The notes under the pieces were generated by a model. The model was given only the letters and a program-made list of their open reading frames with translations. It searched no databases and had not been told where the DNA came from. A DNA stretch of 64,000 bases from an uncultured Verrucomicrobiae bacterium (lineage in GTDB: Bacteria; Verrucomicrobiota; Verrucomicrobiia; Palsa-1439). Of the stretch, positions 50,897-61,005 are shown one piece after another. How positions within the stretch are numbered: position 1 is the stretch's first letter; every line of letters begins with the position of its first letter. Where the stretch lies: NCBI GenBank assembly GCA_963812605.1, contig CAWEWF010000001.1:32001-96000 (forward strand), written 5' to 3'. The position numbers and the translations under genes are program-made.

Positions 50897-52177
50897 TCAG
50901 GGGAAAAGTCCGCGAATCTGCTTGGCCTGGGCGATCCGGCTGATGCCAAGCGCGAGCGCGGCGTCGCGCATGTAGAGTTTCTGTTTCCTGGCCATCTGCA
51001 ACACCTGTTGGTAGGCCAATTCGAGTTGGCGGTAGAGCTTGTCGTTGACCTCCGCCTCGGTCCAGAAAAAGCTCTGCAAATCCTGCACCCATTCGAAGTA
51101 ACTGACAATGACGCCGCCGGCATTACAAAGCACGTCGGGGATCAGGAAAATATCGTCGCGTTGCCGCAGCACGTTGTCGGCCTCGATGGTGGTCGGGCCG
51201 TTCGCCGCCTCCGCGAGGACGCGGCAATGAAGCTTGCCGACATTTTTTCCGGTGATCTGGCGTTCGAGCGCCGCGGGGACGAGGACTTCGCATTCGAGTT
51301 GCAACAGTTCCTCGTTGGTAATGGGCTGGCAGCCATCCACGAACCCCTCCAGGCTGCCGTGTTGCGCGGCATGGTCAATAAGTTTGTTCACATCGAGCCC
51401 CTGTGGATTGTGGACGCCGCCCGCGAAATCACTGACCCCGATAATCTTCGCCCCGAATCGGTGGAGTTGCTGCGCGGTGATTGATCCGACATTGCCGAAA
51501 CCCTGCACGACGACCCGTATGCCCTCGGATTTCATGTTTAGGTTGTCCAGCGTGCGGTTGATGAGATAGGCGACGCCGCGGCCTGTCGCTTCCTTGCGCC
51601 CGGCCGACCCGCCCAGCGCGACCGGTTTGCCGGTGACGATTTGTGGAACAGGATTACCTTCATGCATCGAGTAGGTGTCCATGATCCATGCCATCGTCTG
51701 CTCGTTGGTGCCCAGGTCGGGTGCCATGACGTCCACATGCGGGCTGATGAAAGGGATCATCTCTTGTGTGAAACGCCGTGTCATACGCTCGTTCTCACCG
51801 CGGCTCATTTTGCGCGGGTCGCACGTGACACCGCCCTTCGCGCCGCCGTAGGGCAGCGCGCATAGCGAACATTTCCAACTCATCCACATCGCCAGGGCCG
51901 CAACTTCCCCGAGCGTCACATCCGGATGATAGCGCAACCCGCCTTTGGTCGGGCCAACCGAAAGGTGATGTTGGACGCGGTAGCCCGTGAACATCTCCGT
52001 GCGCCCGTCGTCCATCCTCGTGGGAACGGAGACGATCAGGGCGCGTTTGGGCATCTTCGTGCGAATGCGTTCGCTTTGCCCGATATCGAGAATATCGGCA
52101 ACGCGGTCGTACTGTTGGCAGGCCATTACATACGACGGGGACTGCATGAACTCATCCAGCATGGTGTTTTCCTCCAT
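50897..52177 (-). CDS. Glu/Leu/Phe/Val dehydrogenase (glutamate dehydrogenase-like)
   Basis: GYRVQH, GPTKGGLRY, PYGGAKGG, APDLGT, VTGKP, EATGRG, QGFGNVG, EAANGP, NAGGVIVSYFEW. Confidence 0.95.
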   Translation of the reverse strand: MEENTMLDEFMQSPSYVMACQQYDRVADILDIGQSERIRTKMPKRALIVSVPTRMDDGRTEMFTGYRVQHHLSVGPTKGGLRYHPDVTLGEVAALAMWMSWKCSLCALPYGGAKGGVTCDPRKMSRGENERMTRRFTQEMIPFISPHVDVMAPDLGTNEQTMAWIMDTYSMHEGNPVPQIVTGKPVALGGSAGRKEATGRGVAYLINRTLDNLNMKSEGIRVVVQGFGNVGSITAQQLHRFGAKIIGVSDFAGGVHNPQGLDVNKLIDHAAQHGSLEGFVDGCQPITNEELLQLECEVLVPAALERQITGKNVGKLHCRVLAEAANGPTTIEADNVLRQRDDIFLIPDVLCNAGGVIVSYFEWVQDLQSFFWTEAEVNDKLYRQLELAYQQVLQMARKQKLYMRDAALALGISRIAQAKQIRGLFP

Positions 52178-53057
52178 CCCCTTTCGGGGCGACCACTCGC
52201 AACGCCCGCGGCACGACCGAGAACGTCACGGGCGCGTCGCCGGCGTCCTCGCCATCCAATTCAAACGGCGTCGCGCCCGACGCGGTGCAGACCAGTCGCT
52301 CCGCCTGAAAATATTCCACGTCGCCAAGGTCGATATGCGCGCCGCGCAAGATACCCTGTCCGTAACGCAGCACGTCCCAATAGCCGCAGTTTCCAAAAAC
52401 ACAGACATCCAACAACCCGTCGTCCAGTCGCGCCTTCGGGAAGAGCGCGAACCGTCCCCCGTAGAAACGTCCGTTGCCCACGAGCACAGCGGCGCCAGCG
52501 GCCCGCGGGCCGCTTCCGTTTACGGAAACCTCCACCCGCGCGAGGGGTGTCCCCAAGGTCTTGATTCCGGCCCATACATAACTGAGCGGGCCGATCTTCT
52601 TCTTCAACTCCCAACTCGCGTCCCGCACCGCCTGCGCATCGAACCCGACGCCAGCCAGTTGGACAAAGTAGCGCGTGGTGGTCCCGGCTTCGGCGCACGC
52701 CAGATCGATCGTTTGGGTCTCCCCCGCCTCGATGACCTGCCAGGCGGCTTCGATCTTTCCCGGAAGGCGAAGCTCTTTTGCGAAAACGTTGACGGTGCCG
52801 AGCGGCAACACGGCGAGGGCCGCGCCGGAAGTGCCGATGCCGTTGACGACCTCGTTGATTGTGCCGTCGCCACCCGCGGCAACGATGATGCGGAAGCCCT
52901 CCTGCACCGCCTGGGCGGCCAGCAACCGCGCCTCACCCGCGCGTTGTGTCGGCGCAAGAATGATGGAAGACCCGGCTTTCGTCTCCAGAAATTTGCGTAC
53001 GCGCCGGGTTTTTTCGCCGCGCGCGGCAGGATTGAAAATGACGAAGAGCTTGTCCAT
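52152..53057 (-). CDS. Diacylglycerol kinase/YegS family lipid kinase
   Basis: IFNPAA, AGGDGTINEV, LPLGTVNVFA, GVGFDA, GNGRFYGG, DDGLLDV, ELDGE. Confidence 0.92.
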   Translation of the reverse strand: MDKLFVIFNPAARGEKTRRVRKFLETKAGSSIILAPTQRAGEARLLAAQAVQEGFRIIVAAGGDGTINEVVNGIGTSGAALAVLPLGTVNVFAKELRLPGKIEAAWQVIEAGETQTIDLACAEAGTTTRYFVQLAGVGFDAQAVRDASWELKKKIGPLSYVWAGIKTLGTPLARVEVSVNGSGPRAAGAAVLVGNGRFYGGRFALFPKARLDDGLLDVCVFGNCGYWDVLRYGQGILRGAHIDLGDVEYFQAERLVCTASGATPFELDGEDAGDAPVTFSVVPRALRVVAPKGDGGKHHAG

Positions 53058-53074
53058 TGTTGAAAGGCGCGCCT

Positions 53075-53103
53075 ATTGTAGGCGACAATCCATGACAAGC
53101 CAA
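53075..53103 (-). promoter_or_regulatory. Putative sigma70 promoter for the lipid kinase-GDH-ACD/GNAT operon
   Basis: Minus strand TTGGCT-17 bp-TACAAT, 17 nt upstream of ATG 53057. Confidence 0.45.
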
Positions 53104-53126
53104 ATACGAACTGGTGGAGGCAGACA

Positions 53127-54515
53127 ATGAAAGCCGTCAAAATCATTTCGATCATCATCGCCGTGCTGGTCGTACTCGTCCTGACGCTGGTGGTCGCCGG
53201 GATTTTCTTTACCAACCGCTACTTGCAAACGCCGGCCTTCAAAGAGCAGGTCTTGAAAGCCGCGCGCGAGCAACTAGGGGCGGAGGTGCGCATTGATAAT
53301 TTCCACGTATCACTCTTTAGCGGCGTTGAGTTGCGCGGCGTGATCATTGGCAACCCGACGGGCTTCACCGGAAATCTACTCACGGCTGAGGCCTTTATTC
53401 TCCATTACCGCTTGCTGCCACTCTTGAGTCGGCGCGTCGAGATTGAACAGCTCTCCCTGGACAAGCCCATTATCACGCTCTCCCAAAACGACAAGAACGA
53501 GTGGAACTACGAATCCATCGGCGCGAAAGGCAGCACTACCAATCCGGCGGCTGTCGAGGCCAAGCCGGCGTCGGCGGGGCCGGCACCGACCAAATCCACG
53601 ACGACAACTCCTCTCGACATTGTCCTCTCCAAGCTCACCATCACGCAAGGCGCGGTCTCGCTCATTAGCGACAAGGACAAGCCGCTTGTGAAGGTGGAGG
53701 GCATCAATTTCTCAAGCGCGGTGAGCCTGATCGACAACAAGCTGTCCGGTACAGCCAAGGCGGGCATCGACAAAATCAACCTGTCCGACGCGCTCTTCGT
53801 CGAGAAAATTGCCGCGTCCGTTACGCTCGGCTCGGACGAGGTGAAGTTGGCGCCCTTAAGCGGTCAGCTTGCCGACGGCACGTTGGCGGGCGATGTCGTG
53901 GTGAATTTCGGCGACGGACTCAAGTACTCTGTCAATCTGCAGGTGAAGGACGCGGATGTGGCGAAGTTATTGCAAGAAGCCAACACGAAGCCGGTGATGA
54001 GCGGCAAGCTGACGGCGACAACGGCATTGGCTGGCACGGGTGGCCTGCCAACGATTGTCGGTAACGGCCACGCGCAAATCGACGGCGGTCAGTTAATGGA
54101 CATCCCCATAATGAACGAGTTGGCAGTGGTCCTACAAATGGATGCACTCCGGAACCTGAAGTTTAGCGAGTGCCTGCTGGAATTCTCCATCAGTAACAAC
54201 GTAATGGAAACGCCGGTCATCCGTCTCATCTCACCAGAGCTGCAAATAACAGCCAAAGGCTCCGTCGCGCTCGCGGACAACTCACTGAAGCACGATGTCA
54301 CAATCACATTCTCCAAGGGCGCGATCGGCGCCATTCCAAACACAATCGTCAGCCTTTTCACCGAGCAAGCCGATCAATCTCAGTCATTAAGCTTCAAAGT
54401 GTGGGGCCCCTTCAGTTCACCGAAGACCGACCTGCCATCTCGCCTTGCCAAGGGAGCCTTCAAGCAACTGATCGACAAGGTGCCCGTGAAGGTGCCTGAC
54501 ATCTTCGGCAAATAA
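53127..54515 (+). CDS. AsmA family protein
   Basis: N-terminal TM; 'LLPLLSRRVEIEQLSLDKP...WNY' AsmA N-terminus; C-terminal 'FKVWGPFSSPK'. Confidence 0.8.
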   Translation: MKAVKIISIIIAVLVVLVLTLVVAGIFFTNRYLQTPAFKEQVLKAAREQLGAEVRIDNFHVSLFSGVELRGVIIGNPTGFTGNLLTAEAFILHYRLLPLLSRRVEIEQLSLDKPIITLSQNDKNEWNYESIGAKGSTTNPAAVEAKPASAGPAPTKSTTTTPLDIVLSKLTITQGAVSLISDKDKPLVKVEGINFSSAVSLIDNKLSGTAKAGIDKINLSDALFVEKIAASVTLGSDEVKLAPLSGQLADGTLAGDVVVNFGDGLKYSVNLQVKDADVAKLLQEANTKPVMSGKLTATTALAGTGGLPTIVGNGHAQIDGGQLMDIPIMNELAVVLQMDALRNLKFSECLLEFSISNNVMETPVIRLISPELQITAKGSVALADNSLKHDVTITFSKGAIGAIPNTIVSLFTEQADQSQSLSFKVWGPFSSPKTDLPSRLAKGAFKQLIDKVPVKVPDIFGK

Positions 54516-54517
54516 CC

Positions 54518-55096
54518 ATGCGCATCATCGCCGGCCTTGCCAAGGGAATGCTGCTGGACGTTCCGCGCGCAGGTGTGCGGCCGACGGCGGACCGCATTCG
54601 CGAGGCGGTTTTCTCCAGCCTGGGCGCGCGTGTTCCGGGAGCGCGGGTGCTGGATCTGTTTGCGGGAACCGGCGCGCTTGGATTGGAGGCGGCCAGTCGC
54701 GGGGCGGAGTCTGTATTATTTGTGGAGAATGCCCGCGGCGCGGTCGAATGCCTGGAACGAAACCTGGCAACGTTCCAGCGGAACCGTGAAGTGGCCTGCG
54801 AGTTTTCCGTAGCCCGGACCATGGTGGAAGCGCAACTCCAAAAACTGGCAACCGCCGACGAAACATTCACGCTGATTTTCGCCGATCCGCCGTATGGCCC
54901 GGCAGCCCAGGACCTGCTGCGCAACGAAATCCTGCCGCGGTTGCTGGCAGACGATGGATTGTTGGTGATCGAGTCCGCGAAGCGCGACGCACTGGCCGTA
55001 ACCGCGCCATGGGAGTCGGTCCGCGAAGCAATCTATGGAGATACGCGGGTGGATTTCCTCCGACGCGAACCGGCTTCAGCCAACCGCGACGGTTGA
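54518..55096 (+). CDS. rsmD: 16S rRNA m2G966 methyltransferase RsmD
   Basis: MRIIAG, RPTADRIREAVF, LDLFAGTGALGLEAASRGA, FADPPY, YGDT. Confidence 0.93.
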   Translation: MRIIAGLAKGMLLDVPRAGVRPTADRIREAVFSSLGARVPGARVLDLFAGTGALGLEAASRGAESVLFVENARGAVECLERNLATFQRNREVACEFSVARTMVEAQLQKLATADETFTLIFADPPYGPAAQDLLRNEILPRLLADDGLLVIESAKRDALAVTAPWESVREAIYGDTRVDFLRREPASANRDG

Positions 55097-55915
55097 AAAC
55101 CTCTCCGTCAGCTCCTCGGTAAGCATACTGGCGACCAGCGGCAGGCACTTTTCAACTTTCTTGACGGCTTCACGCGCTTCCTTCGGCTTGCCCATTTCCG
55201 CGTAGGCGAGGCAGAGCCAAACCCATGGCGTCGCGTCTCCCGAATTGAAGGAGATCGCCTTCTGGTACGCCTGGATCGCCTTGTCGTATTGCGCCTGGAG
55301 ATGGTGCACGTTCCCGAGGTTGTTCCATGCGACCACATAGTTCGGCTTGAGCGCAATTGCCTTTTCGTAGGAGGCGACGGCATCGTCGTACTTGCAACGG
55401 GCCGCATACGCATCGGCGAGATTGCACCAAGTCTGCGCATCATCCGGCTTCGCCGTCAGCAATTGAAAACAGGTGGAGATTAACTCGGTGTACTTGCCCT
55501 GGTTTTTGTAGGCCAACGACAGGCGCGCCAGGGCAAAGGGGTTGCTCGGCTGCTGCCTGGTGATTTCCTTGGCGAAACCGATCAGGTCAAAGTCGTCTTC
55601 CTGCCCTTCGTAAGCGGCATCGAGCCGCGTCCACGCATTCTCATCCTCAGGGTGAAGACCCACGACCTCTTTCGCGAAAGCCAAAAGCTCGCCAGGTTCC
55701 GCGTCACCCTTGGTGCTGAGTTGGAGAAACGTCCAGGCGTGCCGATTGCCCGGGTGGGCCCGGATGATCTCCTCGCAGAATTGCACAAACTCCGCGGGTT
55801 TGAGTTCCTGCGTGCAGATCGTATAAAGTTTCGACCAGGCTTTGGGGTGATCCGGCTTGCGGCGGACGGTTCGTTGGTGCCGTTGTATCAACCAGTTAGC
55901 AAGATGCTGCTCCAT
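55076..55915 (-). CDS. Tetratricopeptide repeat protein
   Basis: Repeats such as WCNLADAY..YEKAIALKP and WNNLGNVH..YQKAI; convergent 21-bp overlap with rsmD. Confidence 0.85.
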   Translation of the reverse strand: MEQHLANWLIQRHQRTVRRKPDHPKAWSKLYTICTQELKPAEFVQFCEEIIRAHPGNRHAWTFLQLSTKGDAEPGELLAFAKEVVGLHPEDENAWTRLDAAYEGQEDDFDLIGFAKEITRQQPSNPFALARLSLAYKNQGKYTELISTCFQLLTAKPDDAQTWCNLADAYAARCKYDDAVASYEKAIALKPNYVVAWNNLGNVHHLQAQYDKAIQAYQKAISFNSGDATPWVWLCLAYAEMGKPKEAREAVKKVEKCLPLVASMLTEELTERFSTVAVG

Positions 55916-55983
55916 AATCCTTCAACCCTGACGCGTTCCTAGTAGCAGCCTGTGGGCCAGCTTTTATATGCCTTGCAGGCCCA

Positions 55984-57387
55984 TCACTCGACGATCCGCA
56001 TCTGGACGCCGTTGATGAGTTTGTCGCGCGCAAGAATATCCGAAATGATCACTACCTGATCTCCCTTAGAGAGAAATCCGCGCTCCAACAGGACCTGTTT
56101 CGCGCTCAGGATTGTCGCCTCCGGGTCTTCACTGAACTGGATCACGTGCGGCATCACGCCCCAATGCAGGTTGAGCTGGTTGCGCACCCGCTCATTATTC
56201 GTGAACGCAAAAATCCGCGAATGAATCGGCCGCAGCCACGACGTGTACTGCGCCATGTGCCCGTACCGGGTGAAAACCAGCAGGCCCTTGGCTTTCAATT
56301 CATTCGCCATGACCACGGCGGAGCGGACGATTTTTTGGCGTTCCTCGGTCAGTTCAATGCCGTCGGCATAATTGGCGCCACCGCTGCGTTCGATCCGCTG
56401 GGCAATGCGGTCGAGCACTTCGAGGCACTCCAGCGGATATTTCCCGACCGTCGTCTCCCCCGAAAGCATGACGGAATCCGCCTGCTCGAAGACGGCGTTC
56501 GCCACGTCCGTCACCTCGGCACGCGTGGGCATCGGGTTTTCGATCATCGATTCCAACATGTGCGTCGCGACGATGACCGGCTTGCCCTTGCGGATGCAGG
56601 CTTTGACCGTTCGGCGCTGGATGATCGGCAGTTCTTCGTACGGACACTCAATGCCCAGGTCGCCGCGGGCGACCATGATGCCGTCGGCCGCATCGATCAA
56701 ATCATGCAGGTTGACGACAGCCTGTTGGTCCTCGATTTTGGCGACTATTTTCGCGTCGGAATTTCCCGCTTTAAGTATTTCGCGGAGTTCGTCAATGTCC
56801 TTCCGTTCGCGGACAAATGACAGGGCGATGATATCGACGCCCAGGGACATCCCCAAAACAATGTCCCGGCGGTCCTTCTCCGTGATCGACGGCATGCTCA
56901 CTTTCACGCCCGGGAGATTGATGTGCCGGCGCGAGCCCAGCTCCCCTTCCGTCAGCACCTCGCAACGCATCCGCCGATGCAGCTTCTCCAGCACCCGTAA
57001 CCGAATGACCCCGTTGTCCACGAGCACCGTATCGCCCTCGTGGATGTCCTTGATGAGATTGGGATAATTGACGTCGACCGATTTCTCTTCCTCGCTCTGC
57101 GCGCCCTTGACGGTAAACTCAAAGATATCGCCCGGCTTCAACTCCATCGGGATGGGCAGGTCCCCCGTGCGAATCGACGGCCCCTGCGTATCCATCATGA
57201 TCGCGCAGGGAATCCCGACTTTATTGGAAACCGCGCGGATGCGCTGGAACACCTCACGGGTCCATTCATGCGTCGCATGGCTCATGTTCAGGCGGGCGAC
57301 ATTCATCCCCCCCTGAATCATCTTCTCAAGCATCTCGGCTGACTCAATGCTCGGCCCAATCGTGCAGGTAATCTTCGTATTTCTCAT
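55984..57387 (-). CDS. pyk: Pyruvate kinase
   Basis: TKITCTIGP, ARLNMSH, DTQGPSIR, AKIE, MVARGDLGIE, ATHMLESM, PTRAEVTDVAN, MLSGET. Confidence 0.97.
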   Translation of the reverse strand: MRNTKITCTIGPSIESAEMLEKMIQGGMNVARLNMSHATHEWTREVFQRIRAVSNKVGIPCAIMMDTQGPSIRTGDLPIPMELKPGDIFEFTVKGAQSEEEKSVDVNYPNLIKDIHEGDTVLVDNGVIRLRVLEKLHRRMRCEVLTEGELGSRRHINLPGVKVSMPSITEKDRRDIVLGMSLGVDIIALSFVRERKDIDELREILKAGNSDAKIVAKIEDQQAVVNLHDLIDAADGIMVARGDLGIECPYEELPIIQRRTVKACIRKGKPVIVATHMLESMIENPMPTRAEVTDVANAVFEQADSVMLSGETTVGKYPLECLEVLDRIAQRIERSGGANYADGIELTEERQKIVRSAVVMANELKAKGLLVFTRYGHMAQYTSWLRPIHSRIFAFTNNERVRNQLNLHWGVMPHVIQFSEDPEATILSAKQVLLERGFLSKGDQVVIISDILARDKLINGVQMRIVE

Positions 57388-57480
57388 GCGTGCTCTTGCG
57401 ATGAACACACTAAACGGAACCGTGCAAAAAGAAAAGAACGCGAATTGCCACCCAGTATGCCATTGCCTTCTCCCTGCCCG

Positions 57481-57616
57481 TTGTAGCGGCGCTTCTGTGA
57501 AGCGCCGAATCCTGTGCCATCTCCGACTTGTAGGGCAAGCGGCCCGCTTGCCATCGTGATTCCTTGCCTTTGTAGCCGTGCTCGGTGAGCGCGGTTCCAA
57601 ATCTCGCCCATTGTAG
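57481..57616 (+). repeat. Array of TTGTAG-initiated palindromes (GTAG-family REP-like), 3 hairpins plus a degenerate 4th unit
   Basis: TTGTAG at 57481, 57528, 57570, 57611; stems CGGCGCTTC/GAAGCGCCG, GGCAAGCG/CGCTTGCC, CCGTGCTC/GAGCGCGG, each with a 3-nt loop. Confidence 0.8.
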
Positions 57617-57694
57617 CATTGTAAAGCGCTGACGCCATAGATGCAGCTTGCTGCGAACGGATGCAATTGTACTGAAATCTGTGTTGCCAAAGCT

Positions 57695-57717
57695 GATAGA
57701 TGTCAGTGACATCTATC
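57695..57717. repeat. Perfect 11-bp inverted repeat GATAGATGTCA-G-TGACATCTATC
   Basis: Read directly from the sequence; 1-nt spacer. Confidence 0.75.
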
Positions 57718-57827
57718 GGGGTGCGCCACATCGAAGGAGACAGGCAAGGGCGACATCCGGATGAACCACAGAGACACAGAGTCCGCAGAGTCCACCACGA
57801 AGAATGCAAATCTGATTCTATAAAATG

Positions 57828-60800
57828 CTAAATCAGTTCGTCGGCTTGCTTTGCGCGTGAGATCTTCGGTTTCTTGGTTTGCCCGGCTTTCACTTCTTCA
57901 GCCGCGCGCTCCAGATTCAGCTTCAGCAGGCGCTCCAGAATTTGTTCATCCGTGAGGTCGGTGGACCAGCCGTAGGCGGCGGCGACGGCGATATCGAGTT
58001 TCTTGTGTGCCAGGTCCAGCCATGTGGGGCGCTCGTTGTAGAGTTTGGTCAACGTGCGGTCTTTCAGTTTTTTTGCGCCATCGGCGTCTTTCGGTTCAAG
58101 ACGTGGATAGCGGACCGTGCCGATGCCGTCCTTGTCGGGCTTGACGAGGTAACGTGCCCACGGACCATCTACAGACCCAGGAAATTCGAGAATCTTTTCT
58201 ACCGTCCATTCAGGCGGGTTGAGCCAGCGTTCGCGTAAGTCATTGAGTTCCTTCGCGGCGGAGGCAATCGCGGCTTCCTGCACCGCCTTCGACTGCGGAA
58301 ATGGAAACGTCTCGAAACAGGTCGTCGGGGTGTAACGCGGGCGCGTCTCTAAACGCGTACCCTGCTTCAACGCCCAGGCTTCGTGAAACCGAGAATGCAG
58401 GAGACCGAAGAAGTAGTCGTCGGCACGGGCAAACGCGAACGTGGCACTATCAGGCAAGGTCGGCGCTTGCAGCCAGACGAAGAGCCGATACTTCGAGACG
58501 CGTGTTGTGCAAAGGAAGCGCGGCAGTGGCGCAAGGGCGAGGCGTAGTTCGCCACGTCGCCGCTCGTGTAGCCACCAAGACTCGATTGTCGTGTGCGATT
58601 GTTCGCGCTGTGGCTTTATCTTTACGCGACAGTACTCGAAAACAGCTTCGTATTGTGCAGCGTCACCCTCTGACGTGTTAACACCGAAATCAATAATCCA
58701 CGAACCGCTAGGTCGTTGCGTGAGATCCATGCCGTTGACCCACGGCACGACTACGTCGGAGTTGGGTTTGCCGTGCGGGTTCGGAGCGCGCAGAAATTCC
58801 AGCGCCAGCATTTCAGTGATGTCGAATGCGCCGCCTTTCGTCGTACCCATGAAGGCGATATCGAGATTTGGAGTAAGCGCCGTGACTTGAGTGAGATCGG
58901 CAGCACTGGTGAGATTGGGATTGATCGTGTGAGACAGTTCTGCCGTCCAGCACGTGTTGCTTCTGGTCACCGCGGTCGAAGCCGACCATGCTGACATGGA
59001 CGTTTGCGCCGTCAAGAATCCACGGGCGGTCGCTTTCCGCAAAGAAGATGTCGCCGCTTTGTTTGATGTGCTTGAGCACATCGCGATTCGCCCCGCCGCG
59101 GATTCCTTGCGTGGCAAGCAGGCCAGCGCGTCTACATTTGCTATTTTCACGAGTTGGTGTCGCGCTTTTTCAAACCAGTAACAGCACAAGATCGGATTCG
59201 CGCGCTACCGGGAATGTGACACCAATGAAGAGTATCGCTTCCACGTATTCGTTACCCAAGCTCAGTCACGCATCAATTTGCCGCCAAGAAACGGTGGGTT
59301 GCTTACGATGACATCGCACTCCGGCCAATCGCGTTCAGTATAAAACTTCAGTGCGTTTTCTTCTTCATGTTCCTTCGCTCGTGCCTGCTTCAACGTCTTG
59401 GCTTTACTCCGATAATGCGGAACCAACAATGCGTCCTCGTTTTGAAATCCGTCCAGTACTTGAAGCACTGGTGTGCGATCCAGTGGAAAACCATTGTCCG
59501 CATCCATTGCAGGTAGCCTATCTGGACGGAAACTTGTGCTAATTCAAAAGCGTACGCGTTAATTTCGATGGCCTTAAGCTGCTGGACGCTGACTTGCGGA
59601 GTGAACTTGAAATCGAGTTGTGTAGCGAACGCGATGGCCTCCTTTTCGAGGCTGAGTAGAAGCTGGAGCGAAACGTAGAGGAAATTGCCGCTGCCGCAGG
59701 CGGGGTCGAGCACAGTGACGGTGTTGAGCTTCTTGAGGAATTTCGCAAGCCGAGCGCGGTCGGCAGTCGTTCCCTTGCCTTTGACGTATGAACGGCTGAG
59801 ATCGCGTTTGATTGCCTTCCACTCCTGACGCAGCGGGTGCATGAGAACCGGTTCAACCAGGGTCTTGATATCTTCTTCGCTGGTGTAATGCGCGCCGAGT
59901 TGGGCGCGATGGTCGGGATCGAGGGCTCGTTCGAAGAGCGTGCCCATGATCTTCGGCTCAATGGATTCCCAGCGACTTTCAGCCGCCTCCGCCAGCTTTC
60001 GGATTTCATCGGACGTTAATTCAAAGACCGTAGAGTCTTCAAAAAGGTGGCCGTTGAAGTAGCGGATTTTCTGTGTCCCGAAAGTACCGCCCTCGGCCAT
60101 CACCCGAAAAAGCGCTTCGAGCCGTTCGGCGAAAAACGTCGGGTCGTCAACGCCCTGCTTGGCAATATCGGGAAAGATGTCCTTGGGTAATAATCCTATG
60201 TCTTCCGCGAACATACAGAAGATAATCCGGTTAAGAAAACGGGCAATTCGTAGTTTCTTCTTTTGCACGACATTGACCTCGGCGCGCGTGCGAGCATTGA
60301 CGAACTCGACGGCTTCACGGTCTTGCAGTGACCGCGCTACCGCGGCGATTTGCTTCGCAAGATCCTCCGTGACCTTGCTTGTGGTGTGGATGGGACGCAG
60401 ACCTTCGGGATCAGTGAAGAGTGAACGAAGGACGCGCTGGCTTTCAGGCGTATCGATGGTGGCGTTGGTGAATTCGTGTATTTCCTGAACCGTGCCGTTG
60501 AAGTTGGTCCGGACAATGTAGCGATCGAAATCGCAGACGACGAGGAGTGGCGGATTCAGGAGCGATTCACGGTATCGGAGCAGTTGGCGATACGCCTCGT
60601 CCAGATTTTTCTTCTTGCCCTTGTACTCCCAGGCAAAACAGTCCTTTTTCCAGACATCCGCGAAACCGCGATCGCCTGTCTTGCTGTAATCGACCGAATC
60701 CTCTTTCACCACCAGTAGCTCGGCATCTTTGACGACGCGTTTTTGGAAGCAGAAGGATTCGCTGCCGGTCGGATCGGCTTCGGCAGGTGTCTGTTGGTCG

Positions 60801-60895
60801 AGCAAACGGCAAAGATCGTTGAAATGTTCCTGATAGGCTGCCGACTCTTTGCCGGTGTATCGGTGCCATTTCTTTTTGAATTGAGCCCAAGTCAT
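57828..60895 (-). CDS. MmeI/YeeA-like type IIL restriction-modification enzyme (N6-adenine MTase); several frameshifts in ~58930-59510
   Basis: N-terminal 'GFADVWKKDCFAWEYK' nuclease-like motif, FNGHLF, GAHYTS, LDPACGSGNFL, NPPFLG, 'YTPTTCFETFPFP', 'RTLTKLYN..P.WL..AH..LD.AV..AYGW'. Confidence 0.85.
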
Positions 60896-61005
60896 AGAGG
60901 CATTGGGCAGTGTGCCAAAAGCTGCTTCAAGTAAGAAGGGCAATCTGGTTGCCAGTCCCTCACAATCGCCTGCTTCTGGTCGTTATCCGTTGTTCCGCCG
61001 CCGCC

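Noticed and set aside
57481-57630. CRISPR array
   Set aside because: The constant part is only 6 bp, the palindromes are the variable part, and no cas genes are present.
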